This document shows positions 21,293-29,946 of a DNA stretch of 64,000 bases, piece after piece; within the stretch, counting starts at the first letter, position 1; each line of letters begins with the position of its first letter. Position numbers and translations under genes: made by a program. Source of the DNA: Alphaproteobacteria bacterium (GTDB lineage: Bacteria > Pseudomonadota > Alphaproteobacteria > JASGCL01); the NCBI GenBank assembly GCA_965262605.1, contig CBDHFN010000003.1:7222-71221 (forward strand), given 5' to 3'. The notes below the pieces were generated by a model. The model made no database searches. It saw nothing but the letters and a program-made list of their open reading frames with translations, and had not been told where the DNA came from.

Positions 21293-23679
21293 TAAAACCG
21301 CGATCTAAAATCAAATCTAAATAATTGATCATGGTCGTAGCTTTCCTTAGAATAGGCTTTGGCAAGTGAAAATACCATGGGTCCGATGGGGGTTTTAAAT
21401 GACAAACCTGCACCCGCCGCCGCACGAATCTTTGAAGAATCGCGTATCGTTGCCCCTTTTTCTTCGGGGGAAGTTAAATAACCAATATCGTTAAATATAC
21501 TTACTTTTGCGCCAACTTCTTCAAAAAACCCTAATGGAAAGCGGATTTCAGTTGATTGTGTTGCGTAATTTCTGCCACCCAGCGCATCGCCATTACTATC
21601 AACGGGACCTGCGCCACCATCGCTAAAACCACGCAAATTATTACCGCCCAAGAAAAATCTGTCGCTAACTAGGACTTTTCTGCCCGAAAAGCCCCGCATG
21701 GCACCAATTTCAGCCCCCATGACGCCCACCATATCATTAAAAATATTATTATAAGCCGCGGCGCGAATATTACCGCGATAAAATGAAACATCGCCGCCCA
21801 AACCCGCAATATCGCTATTAAACGAAGTTATATAACCATCAGTTGGATCAATTTTGCTGTTTCTTGTATCATAGGAAATGGTTTGCCCGACCGAAGAACT
21901 TAAATTCGCGCCTTGCTGTTGCTTGATAGCTAATGATGCGGTGGGTTGAATTTCGTAAATTTTGCGGTTGTTTAATTTATAAAAATAATTTTGCGAAGTC
22001 GTATCATTATAATCAAAATTTGTTCTAAGAATAAAACCCGAATCCAATGAATTATAAGCACTAATTCGTTGGCGATTTGAACGGGTAGAGAAAATATCAA
22101 AGCCTGCGTCTAAATCTTTATCCATGAAATAGCGTTCAGTAAAACCTAAATTCACATTTTGCCGTCTTTGTGCGGCTTGCAAATCAAGGGACAAGGTGCG
22201 CCCTTCGCCCAATAAATTGCGTTCTCTTATGCCCGTTTGCAACAAAGCACCATCAGAAGTGGAAAAACCGACCCCTAAGGAAATATCGCCCGTGGATTGT
22301 TCTTCCACAACGATGCCAATTTGGCTTCTGTCTGGGGCGGATCCTTGTTGATTTTCTAACTTAACTGATTTGAAAAAGCCTAAATCTTGGACATTTTGGC
22401 GCGAATTGCGGATTTTTGTGCTGTTATATGGGTCGCCTTCCGCTATCAACAATTGACGGCGAATTAATTTATCAACGGTTCGTGTATTGCCTTTGATGTT
22501 AATTCGTTCAACATAAACTTGTTTGCCATTTTGAATTTGAAAGTCTATATTAAGCCGTTTTGTTTCAAGATTCTTGCTTAATTTCGGTTCAATTTCCACA
22601 AAGGCAAAGCCATTTTTACCCAATAAATCGGTAATTGCGATAATTGTTTCATCAATTTTTTTGGTGCTATAATAATCATCGGCTTCAATGGTGATTAATT
22701 CTTTGAGTTGCGCCAAATTTAAATCTGGAATCTGGCTGGTAATATCGGTTTTGTCAACTTTATATCTTACGCCTTCGCTAAGCGTAAAATTAATGAAAAA
22801 TCCCGATTTATCTTCTTCCAGTTCGGCAACGGCGGATAAAACGGTGAAATCTGCAAAACCGGCATTATTATATAATCGGCGCAATTCGTCTTTATCAACA
22901 TTTAATCGGTCGGCATCATAAGAATCATTGCTGGTTAAAAATCGCCACCATCTTGCTTCTTTGGTTAAAATTTTACTGGCAAGTTCCGTATCGGTGAAAT
23001 ATTTATTGCCAATAAAATTAATTTTCTTTACCTCGGACCTTGCGCCTTCGGTAATTTCAAACACTAAATCAATGCGGTTTTCCGATTGTTCAATGATTTT
23101 TGGCTCAACAATCACGGCATATCGCCCCTTGCGCTGATAAATTTGCAAAATTCGTTGCACGGCGGCGCGCACTTTATCTTTGGAATAAATAGTGCGCGGT
23201 TTAATGGCAACTTCGGCATCTAAAATATTTGTTTCAATTCGGTCATTGCCTTCAAAGGCGATTCGGGAAATTGACGGGTTTTCTTGCACTTTAACCACTA
23301 CGGATTTTTTATCTTCGTTGCGCGTAATTATCACATTGGCAAATAAATCCGTGGCAAATAAAGATTTAATAGATTCATCAACCAATTTGGGCGACCAAGG
23401 ATCGCCGACTTTGAATGCCAAATATGAAATAATAGTATTCGGTTCAACCCGTTGCGCACCCTCAATCGTAATTGTAGCTATTTCGCTGTTTTTTTCGGCA
23501 TCGGCAGGTTTAATATTAGTAGTTGCGCCTGATTTTGTCGGGGCAACTAATGGCACGGAAGATTGTGCAAGCTGAATATTATTAAGGGGCGCGCCATTAA
23601 TTAATGCCGCCGATAAAATAAAGGTCGTTAAAAGAAAACTAATTTTAATGGTATTTATATAGCGCATTGTCTCTCTCAA
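21292..23679 (-). CDS. bamA: outer membrane protein assembly factor BamA
   Basis: 795 aa with POTRA repeats followed by a C-terminal beta-barrel ending in the aromatic beta-signal ...FDFRSRF. Confidence 0.9.
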   Translation of the reverse strand: MRETMRYINTIKISFLLTTFILSAALINGAPLNNIQLAQSSVPLVAPTKSGATTNIKPADAEKNSEIATITIEGAQRVEPNTIISYLAFKVGDPWSPKLVDESIKSLFATDLFANVIITRNEDKKSVVVKVQENPSISRIAFEGNDRIETNILDAEVAIKPRTIYSKDKVRAAVQRILQIYQRKGRYAVIVEPKIIEQSENRIDLVFEITEGARSEVKKINFIGNKYFTDTELASKILTKEARWWRFLTSNDSYDADRLNVDKDELRRLYNNAGFADFTVLSAVAELEEDKSGFFINFTLSEGVRYKVDKTDITSQIPDLNLAQLKELITIEADDYYSTKKIDETIIAITDLLGKNGFAFVEIEPKLSKNLETKRLNIDFQIQNGKQVYVERINIKGNTRTVDKLIRRQLLIAEGDPYNSTKIRNSRQNVQDLGFFKSVKLENQQGSAPDRSQIGIVVEEQSTGDISLGVGFSTSDGALLQTGIRERNLLGEGRTLSLDLQAAQRRQNVNLGFTERYFMDKDLDAGFDIFSTRSNRQRISAYNSLDSGFILRTNFDYNDTTSQNYFYKLNNRKIYEIQPTASLAIKQQQGANLSSSVGQTISYDTRNSKIDPTDGYITSFNSDIAGLGGDVSFYRGNIRAAAYNNIFNDMVGVMGAEIGAMRGFSGRKVLVSDRFFLGGNNLRGFSDGGAGPVDSNGDALGGRNYATQSTEIRFPLGFFEEVGAKVSIFNDIGYLTSPEEKGATIRDSSKIRAAAGAGLSFKTPIGPMVFSLAKAYSKESYDHDQLFRFDFRSRF

Positions 23680-23830
23680 TTAGGTAATTACGAAATTAAT
23701 AATACAAATTTTTTTTACTAAGTCAAGTAATATCAAATTTAAGTTTCATGAAAAAAAATCTTTATTTTAAAAAATAAATCTGCTAATATAAATATTAAAG
23801 TTTGTTGCATTAAGAATTTTACAAAGCAAT

Positions 23831-23920
23831 AGAGGGCAAAAACATACGACAAAGCGCAGAATACATGAAGTATTTGAGCATTTTGAGTGTGTTTTTAACC
23901 GACTAGTGCAAAGCAAAAAC
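23831..23920 (+). other. conserved ~90-nt intergenic element, copy 1 (candidate sRNA or cis-regulatory element)
   Basis: About 80% identical to 46598..46688 (AGAGGGCAAnAAnAnACGAnAAAGCGCAG...TGAGCATTTTGAGnGTGTTnTTAACCGA). Lies in the divergent bamA / PotD-like intergenic region. Confidence 0.4.
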
Positions 23921-23954
23921 TTAATGCTACAAACTTATTAGGATTTTTAAATAT

Positions 23955-25040
23955 ATGTCGCGCAGAAAATTTTTAAATAACGCCATAACCACTAGCATAG
24001 GATTATCGCTGGGCGGGGGGGCATTGTTTGCGCCCAATATATTAAAAGCGCAAACCCCGATTTTGCATGTTTTAGCCCCAAGCGCGCTATATTCCAATGA
24101 AATTATTGAATATTTGCAAACTTCTATTAACGCGAAAATTCAAATTACGGCTTATAAAAATGAATTTCAAATTATTAATAATCTTAAATCAAGCAATATT
24201 AATTATGATTTAATTATTTGCAGCCATTTTACCGGTATGATTTTGAAAAAACACGAATTAATTCAGCCGATTCAATGGGGAAAAATTAAAAATATATCCG
24301 TATATCGCTATGATTTTGAAATTAATGATTATGATCCATTGCGCGAATTTTCCATTTTATTTGCGTATCAATTTTGGTCATTGGCATTTAACACAAAATT
24401 AACCTATCAAAAACCGATAAGCTGGGGTGCAATTTTTGATTCTATACCCACTGATTCGCAAATAAATTGGTCGCAAGCACCCATGGATTTAATTAAAACT
24501 GCGTGTTTATATTTGGGTTTTGGCATTAATAATACTAATCGGTCAAATTTTAATATTGTTGAAGACATGTTAATTACCTCTTTGCCTATGGTCAAGAAAA
24601 TACCTTTTAGCTTAAATGTATTGGGTTTTGAATTTAATCAAGTTGACATTGCGTTTGCAACCACGAATCAAATTCAAAACGCGATTAATAACTATAAAAA
24701 CATTGGCGCGGCTTTTCCCAAGGAGGGCGTGCCAGTTTATGAAACTATTGCTTTAATTTCTAAGGATAGTTCACAAATTGAATTGGTGCATAGCTTAATT
24801 AATTTATTGCTTAATCCCCTAGTTGGCAAGGCAATTGCCGAAGATTCGTGCTTATTAAACCCGTTTGAACGGGTAATAAGGCTAACTTCCAATAACTATC
24901 AAACCAATAAAATCATTAATCCATCTTTAAATAAACTTATTAAACTTGAACCCATACGCACCTTTGATATACAAACATATAATTATATGCAAGATATGTG
25001 GGCAAGAATAATTAGCAACGCGAAAAGCGAGTCTTCGTAA
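23955..25040 (+). CDS. PotD/PotF-family periplasmic polyamine-binding-like protein, Tat-type signal (paralog 1)
   Basis: RRKFL signal. Alignable to E. coli PotD (YDLIICSHFTGMILKKHELIQPI ~ YDLVVPSTYYVDKMRKEGMIQKI; PKEG...LINLLLNPLVGKAIAE ~ PKEG...LINFLLRPDVAKQVAE). No permease or ATPase genes adjacent. Confidence 0.6.
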   Translation: MSRRKFLNNAITTSIGLSLGGGALFAPNILKAQTPILHVLAPSALYSNEIIEYLQTSINAKIQITAYKNEFQIINNLKSSNINYDLIICSHFTGMILKKHELIQPIQWGKIKNISVYRYDFEINDYDPLREFSILFAYQFWSLAFNTKLTYQKPISWGAIFDSIPTDSQINWSQAPMDLIKTACLYLGFGINNTNRSNFNIVEDMLITSLPMVKKIPFSLNVLGFEFNQVDIAFATTNQIQNAINNYKNIGAAFPKEGVPVYETIALISKDSSQIELVHSLINLLLNPLVGKAIAEDSCLLNPFERVIRLTSNNYQTNKIINPSLNKLIKLEPIRTFDIQTYNYMQDMWARIISNAKSESS

Positions 25041-26113
25041 TGTTAAGAAGAAATTATCTTAGTAAATTCTTAATGGGAGTATGTGGATTTTCTTTATCAA
25101 ATATTTTAAGTGCAGATGAATTAAAACAAGATAGCGGCGTTATTGAAGGGTATGTGCCACAGGCATCTGGAAATTTGGATTTTTTTGGGCATTTCACGCG
25201 CACATATGGTATAAAAGTTAAATTTAATTCATACACAAATTATTTAAAATTTGTCAATGATGTTTTAAGTGATAAAATTCAAGCCGATTTTCTAATTGTT
25301 AGCTCATACACCGCTGATGCTTTAATTAAAGCGGGCAAAGTCCAAAAAGTAGACTGGAGTAGGGTTAAAAATTATGAATTTCCAAAATATGAATCAGTAA
25401 GTAATACTTATGATAAAAACCGCGAATATAGTTTGCCCATTGGCACGGCTTATTTATGTTTGGCATATGATAAAATTCAATTTCCGAATACACCGTTGAC
25501 TTGGGGGGTTTTATTTGATAAAAAATTACCAAAATCCAAAATTGGTTGGTTAAATTATCCGAATGATGTTTTTCAAATTGCTGGGGCTTATATGGGGTAT
25601 GGTTATAATGTTTCGGATAAAAATACATTAATAAAAATTCAAAAATTTTTAATTGATAATGCCAGCAAAGTTAACCGATTAGCCGAAGGCGCGCAACAAG
25701 ACTTAATAGCGTATAAAGAAGTAAGCCATATTGAAACTTATACTTCGGCAATTTTGCAAGTCATGAATGAATTTAATCATATTGACATTCAATTTCCCCA
25801 AGAAGGCATTTTAGCCGATGAATCGGTTGCCGTCATTCCCAATAGCATGAATAATATGAATAATTTATATCAATTTGTTAATTATTTAATGATACCTTTG
25901 GTAGGCAAAACTTTGATTGAAAGCACTAATCTTGATGCTTCATTTGATAGTTTTTTGCGTTTAACTTCCGCAAAATATAAAAATAATAAATTTATTCACC
26001 CTAATTTAAATAAATCGGCGAAAGTTTACCCATTTTTAAATTTAGGCACGCAATATCAAGATACGATTAATAGCCTATGGCTTGATGTTATTAAAAATAT
26101 TCCCAAAGTTTAA
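25040..26113 (+). CDS. PotD/PotF-family periplasmic binding-like protein (paralog 2)
   Basis: Paralogous to the upstream ORF (TWGVLFD, FPQEG, LMIPLVGKTLIE). Start overlaps the previous gene's stop. Confidence 0.6.
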   Translation: MLRRNYLSKFLMGVCGFSLSNILSADELKQDSGVIEGYVPQASGNLDFFGHFTRTYGIKVKFNSYTNYLKFVNDVLSDKIQADFLIVSSYTADALIKAGKVQKVDWSRVKNYEFPKYESVSNTYDKNREYSLPIGTAYLCLAYDKIQFPNTPLTWGVLFDKKLPKSKIGWLNYPNDVFQIAGAYMGYGYNVSDKNTLIKIQKFLIDNASKVNRLAEGAQQDLIAYKEVSHIETYTSAILQVMNEFNHIDIQFPQEGILADESVAVIPNSMNNMNNLYQFVNYLMIPLVGKTLIESTNLDASFDSFLRLTSAKYKNNKFIHPNLNKSAKVYPFLNLGTQYQDTINSLWLDVIKNIPKV

Positions 26114-26136
26114 TCATAAATCGCGGGTGGCAAGGT

Positions 26137-27240
26137 TTAATCGGCAATAATATTGGCGGAAATCGCGGGCATAATTTTCGCAATTATATCGCGCCATAAA
26201 GGTTTTTCGGGGTTGCCTTGATGGCGTTTGCCGAAAAATATTGCCATAATTTCTCCATTTTTATCAAAAATTTCCAGCGAAGTAATAATGCCATCTAAGG
26301 TGGGTTTTTTGACAACCCAAATATTCGCTATTTTATCCTCGCGCAGGTGCAGGTTAAAATTCGGGTCCATAATATTATACCAATTGTCATAATTTAATAA
26401 ATTATTTACGGGTCCACAATATATTTGAATTACCCCGTGATTGCCCACAAAAATCATCATTTCAGTTTGATAATTGCGAATATCATTGCAAACTTCGCGC
26501 GCCGCATAATTATCAACAAGATAGGCAAAATCACTGCCAATATGGGTAAAAGCCTGTTCGCGACTAACTTTAAATTTACGCAACATGGGGTCAAAATCAT
26601 GCGTGTCTTTAAGATTTTTCCAAGCAACCCTTAAACCCGCCCAATCAATTTCATCATTGTCAAGCATCGGTGCTTTTGCGGGTTTGGGAATAACTTCAAG
26701 CCAATTATCTTGATTTTCATGCGTGAATTTTGCGACTAAATCGTTAAATTTTACTTCGTCAGAATTATCAGTTAAGTATATTTTATGTAATGCCGTGCCA
26801 TATTTATCAAAAAATTGCAAACTTTTGCGGGTTTTAGGGGCAACGCCATCATTCAACGCAAAAGCATATTGCCAATGATTTAAAAATAATCTTAAATCAA
26901 TATCAGGGTTTACAAATAAACCAATGGTCATTTTGCCATGGTGGTGTATTTCAAAATTATCATAAATGCCTTTTCGTTCATGCACGCAATTATCGTTACG
27001 GGTAAGCGCCATTAACTCGCCTAAGGGCTGTAAATCCCCTAAAATTTCGGCAATATTATCGCTTAATCGCGTGGCACCGAAGCCAACTTGCGCTGCGACT
27101 AATTCGCCTTCGGATATATTTAACATTTGCGCCGCATCACGCGCGCGTAGCATTTTATTATTGGCACGCATGGCTGTATATTCAAGATATATATTGTTTT
27201 TTTCTGCGATTGTTGCTTTTTTCATGATAACTCCTTTCAA
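26137..27240 (-). CDS. hemS: hemin-degrading/heme-utilisation protein HemS/ChuS/HmuS family
   Basis: Clear similarity to ChuS along its length (LRLFLNHWQYAF ~ LRLFLNQWASVF; MIFVGNHGVIQIYCGPV ~ MVFVGNRGCVQIFTGVV; KKPTLDGIITSLEIFDKNGE ~ RKPTSDGYVTSLELFAHDGT). Confidence 0.85.
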   Translation of the reverse strand: MKGVIMKKATIAEKNNIYLEYTAMRANNKMLRARDAAQMLNISEGELVAAQVGFGATRLSDNIAEILGDLQPLGELMALTRNDNCVHERKGIYDNFEIHHHGKMTIGLFVNPDIDLRLFLNHWQYAFALNDGVAPKTRKSLQFFDKYGTALHKIYLTDNSDEVKFNDLVAKFTHENQDNWLEVIPKPAKAPMLDNDEIDWAGLRVAWKNLKDTHDFDPMLRKFKVSREQAFTHIGSDFAYLVDNYAAREVCNDIRNYQTEMMIFVGNHGVIQIYCGPVNNLLNYDNWYNIMDPNFNLHLREDKIANIWVVKKPTLDGIITSLEIFDKNGEIMAIFFGKRHQGNPEKPLWRDIIAKIMPAISANIIAD

Positions 27241-27244
27241 AGAT

Positions 27245-27505
27245 TTATGCTAATTCCACGGCGATGGTTTGCCTGCTGGTTCTTGATCTATCATCAACTG
27301 CCACGCCAACATCACTTTTGCTAAGTTCGTCAGTTTTAAGCCCCGTGATAATATGCCGCAGGGTAAAACTAGATTCGGCATGGCGGGTTTCATGCACTGA
27401 AATAGCGACAATAATTTGTTGTTCTTGCCCAAACATTTGAAAAGGCGAGATAATAGCGGTTAAAAATAGGCTAGCTTGAAAAATTTTATAATAGCTTTTG
27501 AACAT
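27245..27505 (-). CDS. hypothetical small protein with hydrophobic N-terminus, between hemP and hemS
   Basis: 86-aa ORF. No recognisable motifs. Lies within the heme locus and is possibly co-transcribed. Confidence 0.3.
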   Translation of the reverse strand: MFKSYYKIFQASLFLTAIISPFQMFGQEQQIIVAISVHETRHAESSFTLRHIITGLKTDELSKSDVGVAVDDRSRTSRQTIAVELA

Positions 27506-27579
27506 TTTTTCCTCTTGAATAAAAAACGATAAATTGCTTGCTTAAATATTTTTTCAAATTTTGGCTGGCTATGGCGGAT

Positions 27580-27756
27580 TTATTTTGTTAAAATTAATTT
27601 ATTATTCGCCGTGATGCGCATGGTATATTCTTGGTCATTATGGGTGATGGTAATAATTTTTGATTGTTCAAATAATTCATGGCTTTTCATGGTATTATTA
27701 ATTACAAAGACGCTGCGTTGCGATAAATTTGAATTGTTAATTATATTATTATTCAT
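27580..27756 (-). CDS. hemP: hemin uptake protein HemP/HmuP family
   Basis: 58-aa hand-found frame MNNNIINNSNLSQRSVFVINNTMKSHELFEQSKIITITHNDQEYTMRITANNKLILTK with the HemP signature (...I.I.H.G..Y.LR.T..GKLILTK). Strong AAGGAG Shine-Dalgarno 8 nt upstream. Confidence 0.6.
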   Translation of the reverse strand: MNNNIINNSNLSQRSVFVINNTMKSHELFEQSKIITITHNDQEYTMRITANNKLILTK

Positions 27757-27797
27757 TATTACTCCTTTTTAAATAACTTTGTGATATTAAATTAATT

Positions 27798-27816
27798 GAT
27801 AATGATTATCATTATC
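27798..27816. promoter_or_regulatory. Fur box (GATAATGATTATCATTATC) in the hemP promoter
   Basis: 18 of 19 positions match the Fur consensus GATAATGATAATCATTATC. It is embedded in a 35-bp perfect palindrome (27790..27824), 42 bp upstream of the hemP start. Confidence 0.65.
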
Positions 27817-28031
27817 AATTAATTTTTGTGATGTCAAGAAAAAATTACTAATTTTATTAAAATTTTATTTATAAATTTTCATTATATAATAATAGATTAT
27901 TACCATAGCGCAATTAATTTTTTAAAAATTAAATAAAATTTTATTTATACTAAAAATCCGTCATATATAGATTAAAAATATTGACTTTATAAATAATTTG
28001 ATTAAAAATACCATTATTATTAAGGATTACC

Positions 28032-28505
28032 ATGAGCAAAAACCCAACAACACCAGAAAATTCCGAAGAATTAGCATCGCAACCACCCTTTGTGATTCAT
28101 GCGCAATATTTAGTGGATTTTTCCTTTGAAAATAAAATTATTCTGCCTTATTTGCGCGGTGAAGTAGACCCAAAATTCACCCATGAAATGGAATGGAGTT
28201 TGGCGATTAACCATTTAGAAGAAACAAATTACGAAGTAGTTTTACATATTTTAATTAATGGTATTTCCGCTGATAAAACGGCGTATATTATTGAAATATA
28301 TTACGGCGCAGTCGTGGCGATTAACCCCGCATATGCCGAACATATTCGCCCCATTTGCCAAGTTGAAGTGCCTAATCTTTTATTCCCAAATGCAAGGCAG
28401 ATAATTACCGAAAGCGTGATGCGCGCAACTTACCCGCCCTTATACCCGCCCGTCATTGATTTTCGTGCCAAATTTCTAAGCGATATTCAATCGGCTGAAG
28501 CATAA
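28032..28505 (+). CDS. secB: protein-export chaperone SecB
   Basis: 157 aa alignable to E. coli SecB (YEVVLHILINGI...PNLLFPNARQIITESVMRATYPPL ~ YEVVLRVTVTAS...[24 protein letters not shown]). Confidence 0.85.
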   Translation: MSKNPTTPENSEELASQPPFVIHAQYLVDFSFENKIILPYLRGEVDPKFTHEMEWSLAINHLEETNYEVVLHILINGISADKTAYIIEIYYGAVVAINPAYAEHIRPICQVEVPNLLFPNARQIITESVMRATYPPLYPPVIDFRAKFLSDIQSAEA

Positions 28506-28506
28506 A

Positions 28507-29940
28507 ATGCCGTATCAAGACGATAAACTCCACGAAGAATGCGCCGTTTTTGCGGTGGCGAATCATCAAGATGCCGTGGCTTTAACGATTTTGGGACTGC
28601 ATGCCTTGCAACATCGCGGGCAAGAAGCATCAGGTATTATTTCATTTGACGGCAAGAATTTTCATTCCAAAAAAGCCATTGGCTTAGTCGGCGATAATTT
28701 CGGTAAAATGGCAAATTTACAAAAATTACATGGTAAATTTGCGATTGGGCATAACCGATATTCCACAACGGGCAGTTCGGAATATAAAAATATTCAACCT
28801 TTATACGCGGATTTTGATTTTGGCGGTGCCGCAATTGCCCATAATGGTAATTTAGTCAATGGATTGGAATTGCGCCATGATTTAGTGTCCCAAGGGCGAA
28901 TTTTTTATACCACCACGGATACCGAGGTAATTTTGCACCTGATGGCAATGGTCAAGGGCGAAATTACCGAACGATTAAAATATGCGCTTTCAAGGGTTTC
29001 GGGCGCATATGCGTTAATCTGCATGTCCGAAAATAAATTAATTGGTGTTCGCGATAATTTGGGGATTCGCCCGCTTATGATTGGCAAATTGCAAGATAAA
29101 TTCGTGTTAAGTTCCGAATCGGTCGGATTTGATATTATTGGCGCGCAATATTTGCGCATGGTTGAACCCGGCGAAATGGTGATAATAACTAATGATAAAT
29201 TAACTTCCGTGCAAATTGCCCCAAAACGGCGCGCCAAAACTTGCTTGTTTGAATTTGTGTATTTTGCGCGTCCCGATGGCATAATTGACGATATTAATAT
29301 TTATCAAGCCCGCAAAAAGTCTGGGATTGAACTGGCAAAGCAAGCCCCGTGCGATGCTGATGTTGTCGTGCCGATTCCTGATAGTGGCACGCCCGCGGCT
29401 TTGGGTTATGCGCTTGAATCTGGTATTGAATTTGAATTAGGCATAATTCGTAATCATTATATCGGGCGCACATTCATTGAACCAACCGATGCGATTCGCC
29501 ATTTGGGCGTGAAATTAAAGCATAACGCGAATCGTAAAGTGCTTAAAAATAAACGCGTGATTTTGGTTGATGATTCCTTGGTGCGTGGCACAACCGCCAG
29601 TAAAATTGTCAAAATGGTGCGCGATATGGGCGCAAAAGAAGTGCATTTTCGCATCGCAAGTCCGCAAGTTTTATACCCTGATTTTTATGGTATTGATATG
29701 CCTTCGCAACAAGAATTATTGGCGGCAAGCATGAATTTAGAGGAAATGACCAAATTTTTGGGCGTGGATAGTTTGGCATTTTTATCGTTAAATGGGCTTT
29801 ATCGTGCCCTTGGTGAAGAAAATCGCAACGATGCCGACCCGCAATTTACCGACCATTATTTCAGTGGTGATTACCCCATTGCCATTAATAAATCTTCGCA
29901 AACCCCCAAAGAGCAATTATCGCTGATGCAAAGTATTTGA
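28507..29940 (+). CDS. purF: amidophosphoribosyltransferase
   Basis: Ntn-type glutamine amidotransferase domain (CAVFAV after a short propeptide; GHNRYSTTGSS) plus PRTase motif VILVDDSLVRGTT. Confidence 0.9.
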   Translation: MPYQDDKLHEECAVFAVANHQDAVALTILGLHALQHRGQEASGIISFDGKNFHSKKAIGLVGDNFGKMANLQKLHGKFAIGHNRYSTTGSSEYKNIQPLYADFDFGGAAIAHNGNLVNGLELRHDLVSQGRIFYTTTDTEVILHLMAMVKGEITERLKYALSRVSGAYALICMSENKLIGVRDNLGIRPLMIGKLQDKFVLSSESVGFDIIGAQYLRMVEPGEMVIITNDKLTSVQIAPKRRAKTCLFEFVYFARPDGIIDDINIYQARKKSGIELAKQAPCDADVVVPIPDSGTPAALGYALESGIEFELGIIRNHYIGRTFIEPTDAIRHLGVKLKHNANRKVLKNKRVILVDDSLVRGTTASKIVKMVRDMGAKEVHFRIASPQVLYPDFYGIDMPSQQELLAASMNLEEMTKFLGVDSLAFLSLNGLYRALGEENRNDADPQFTDHYFSGDYPIAINKSSQTPKEQLSLMQSI

Positions 29941-29946
29941 ATCAAC

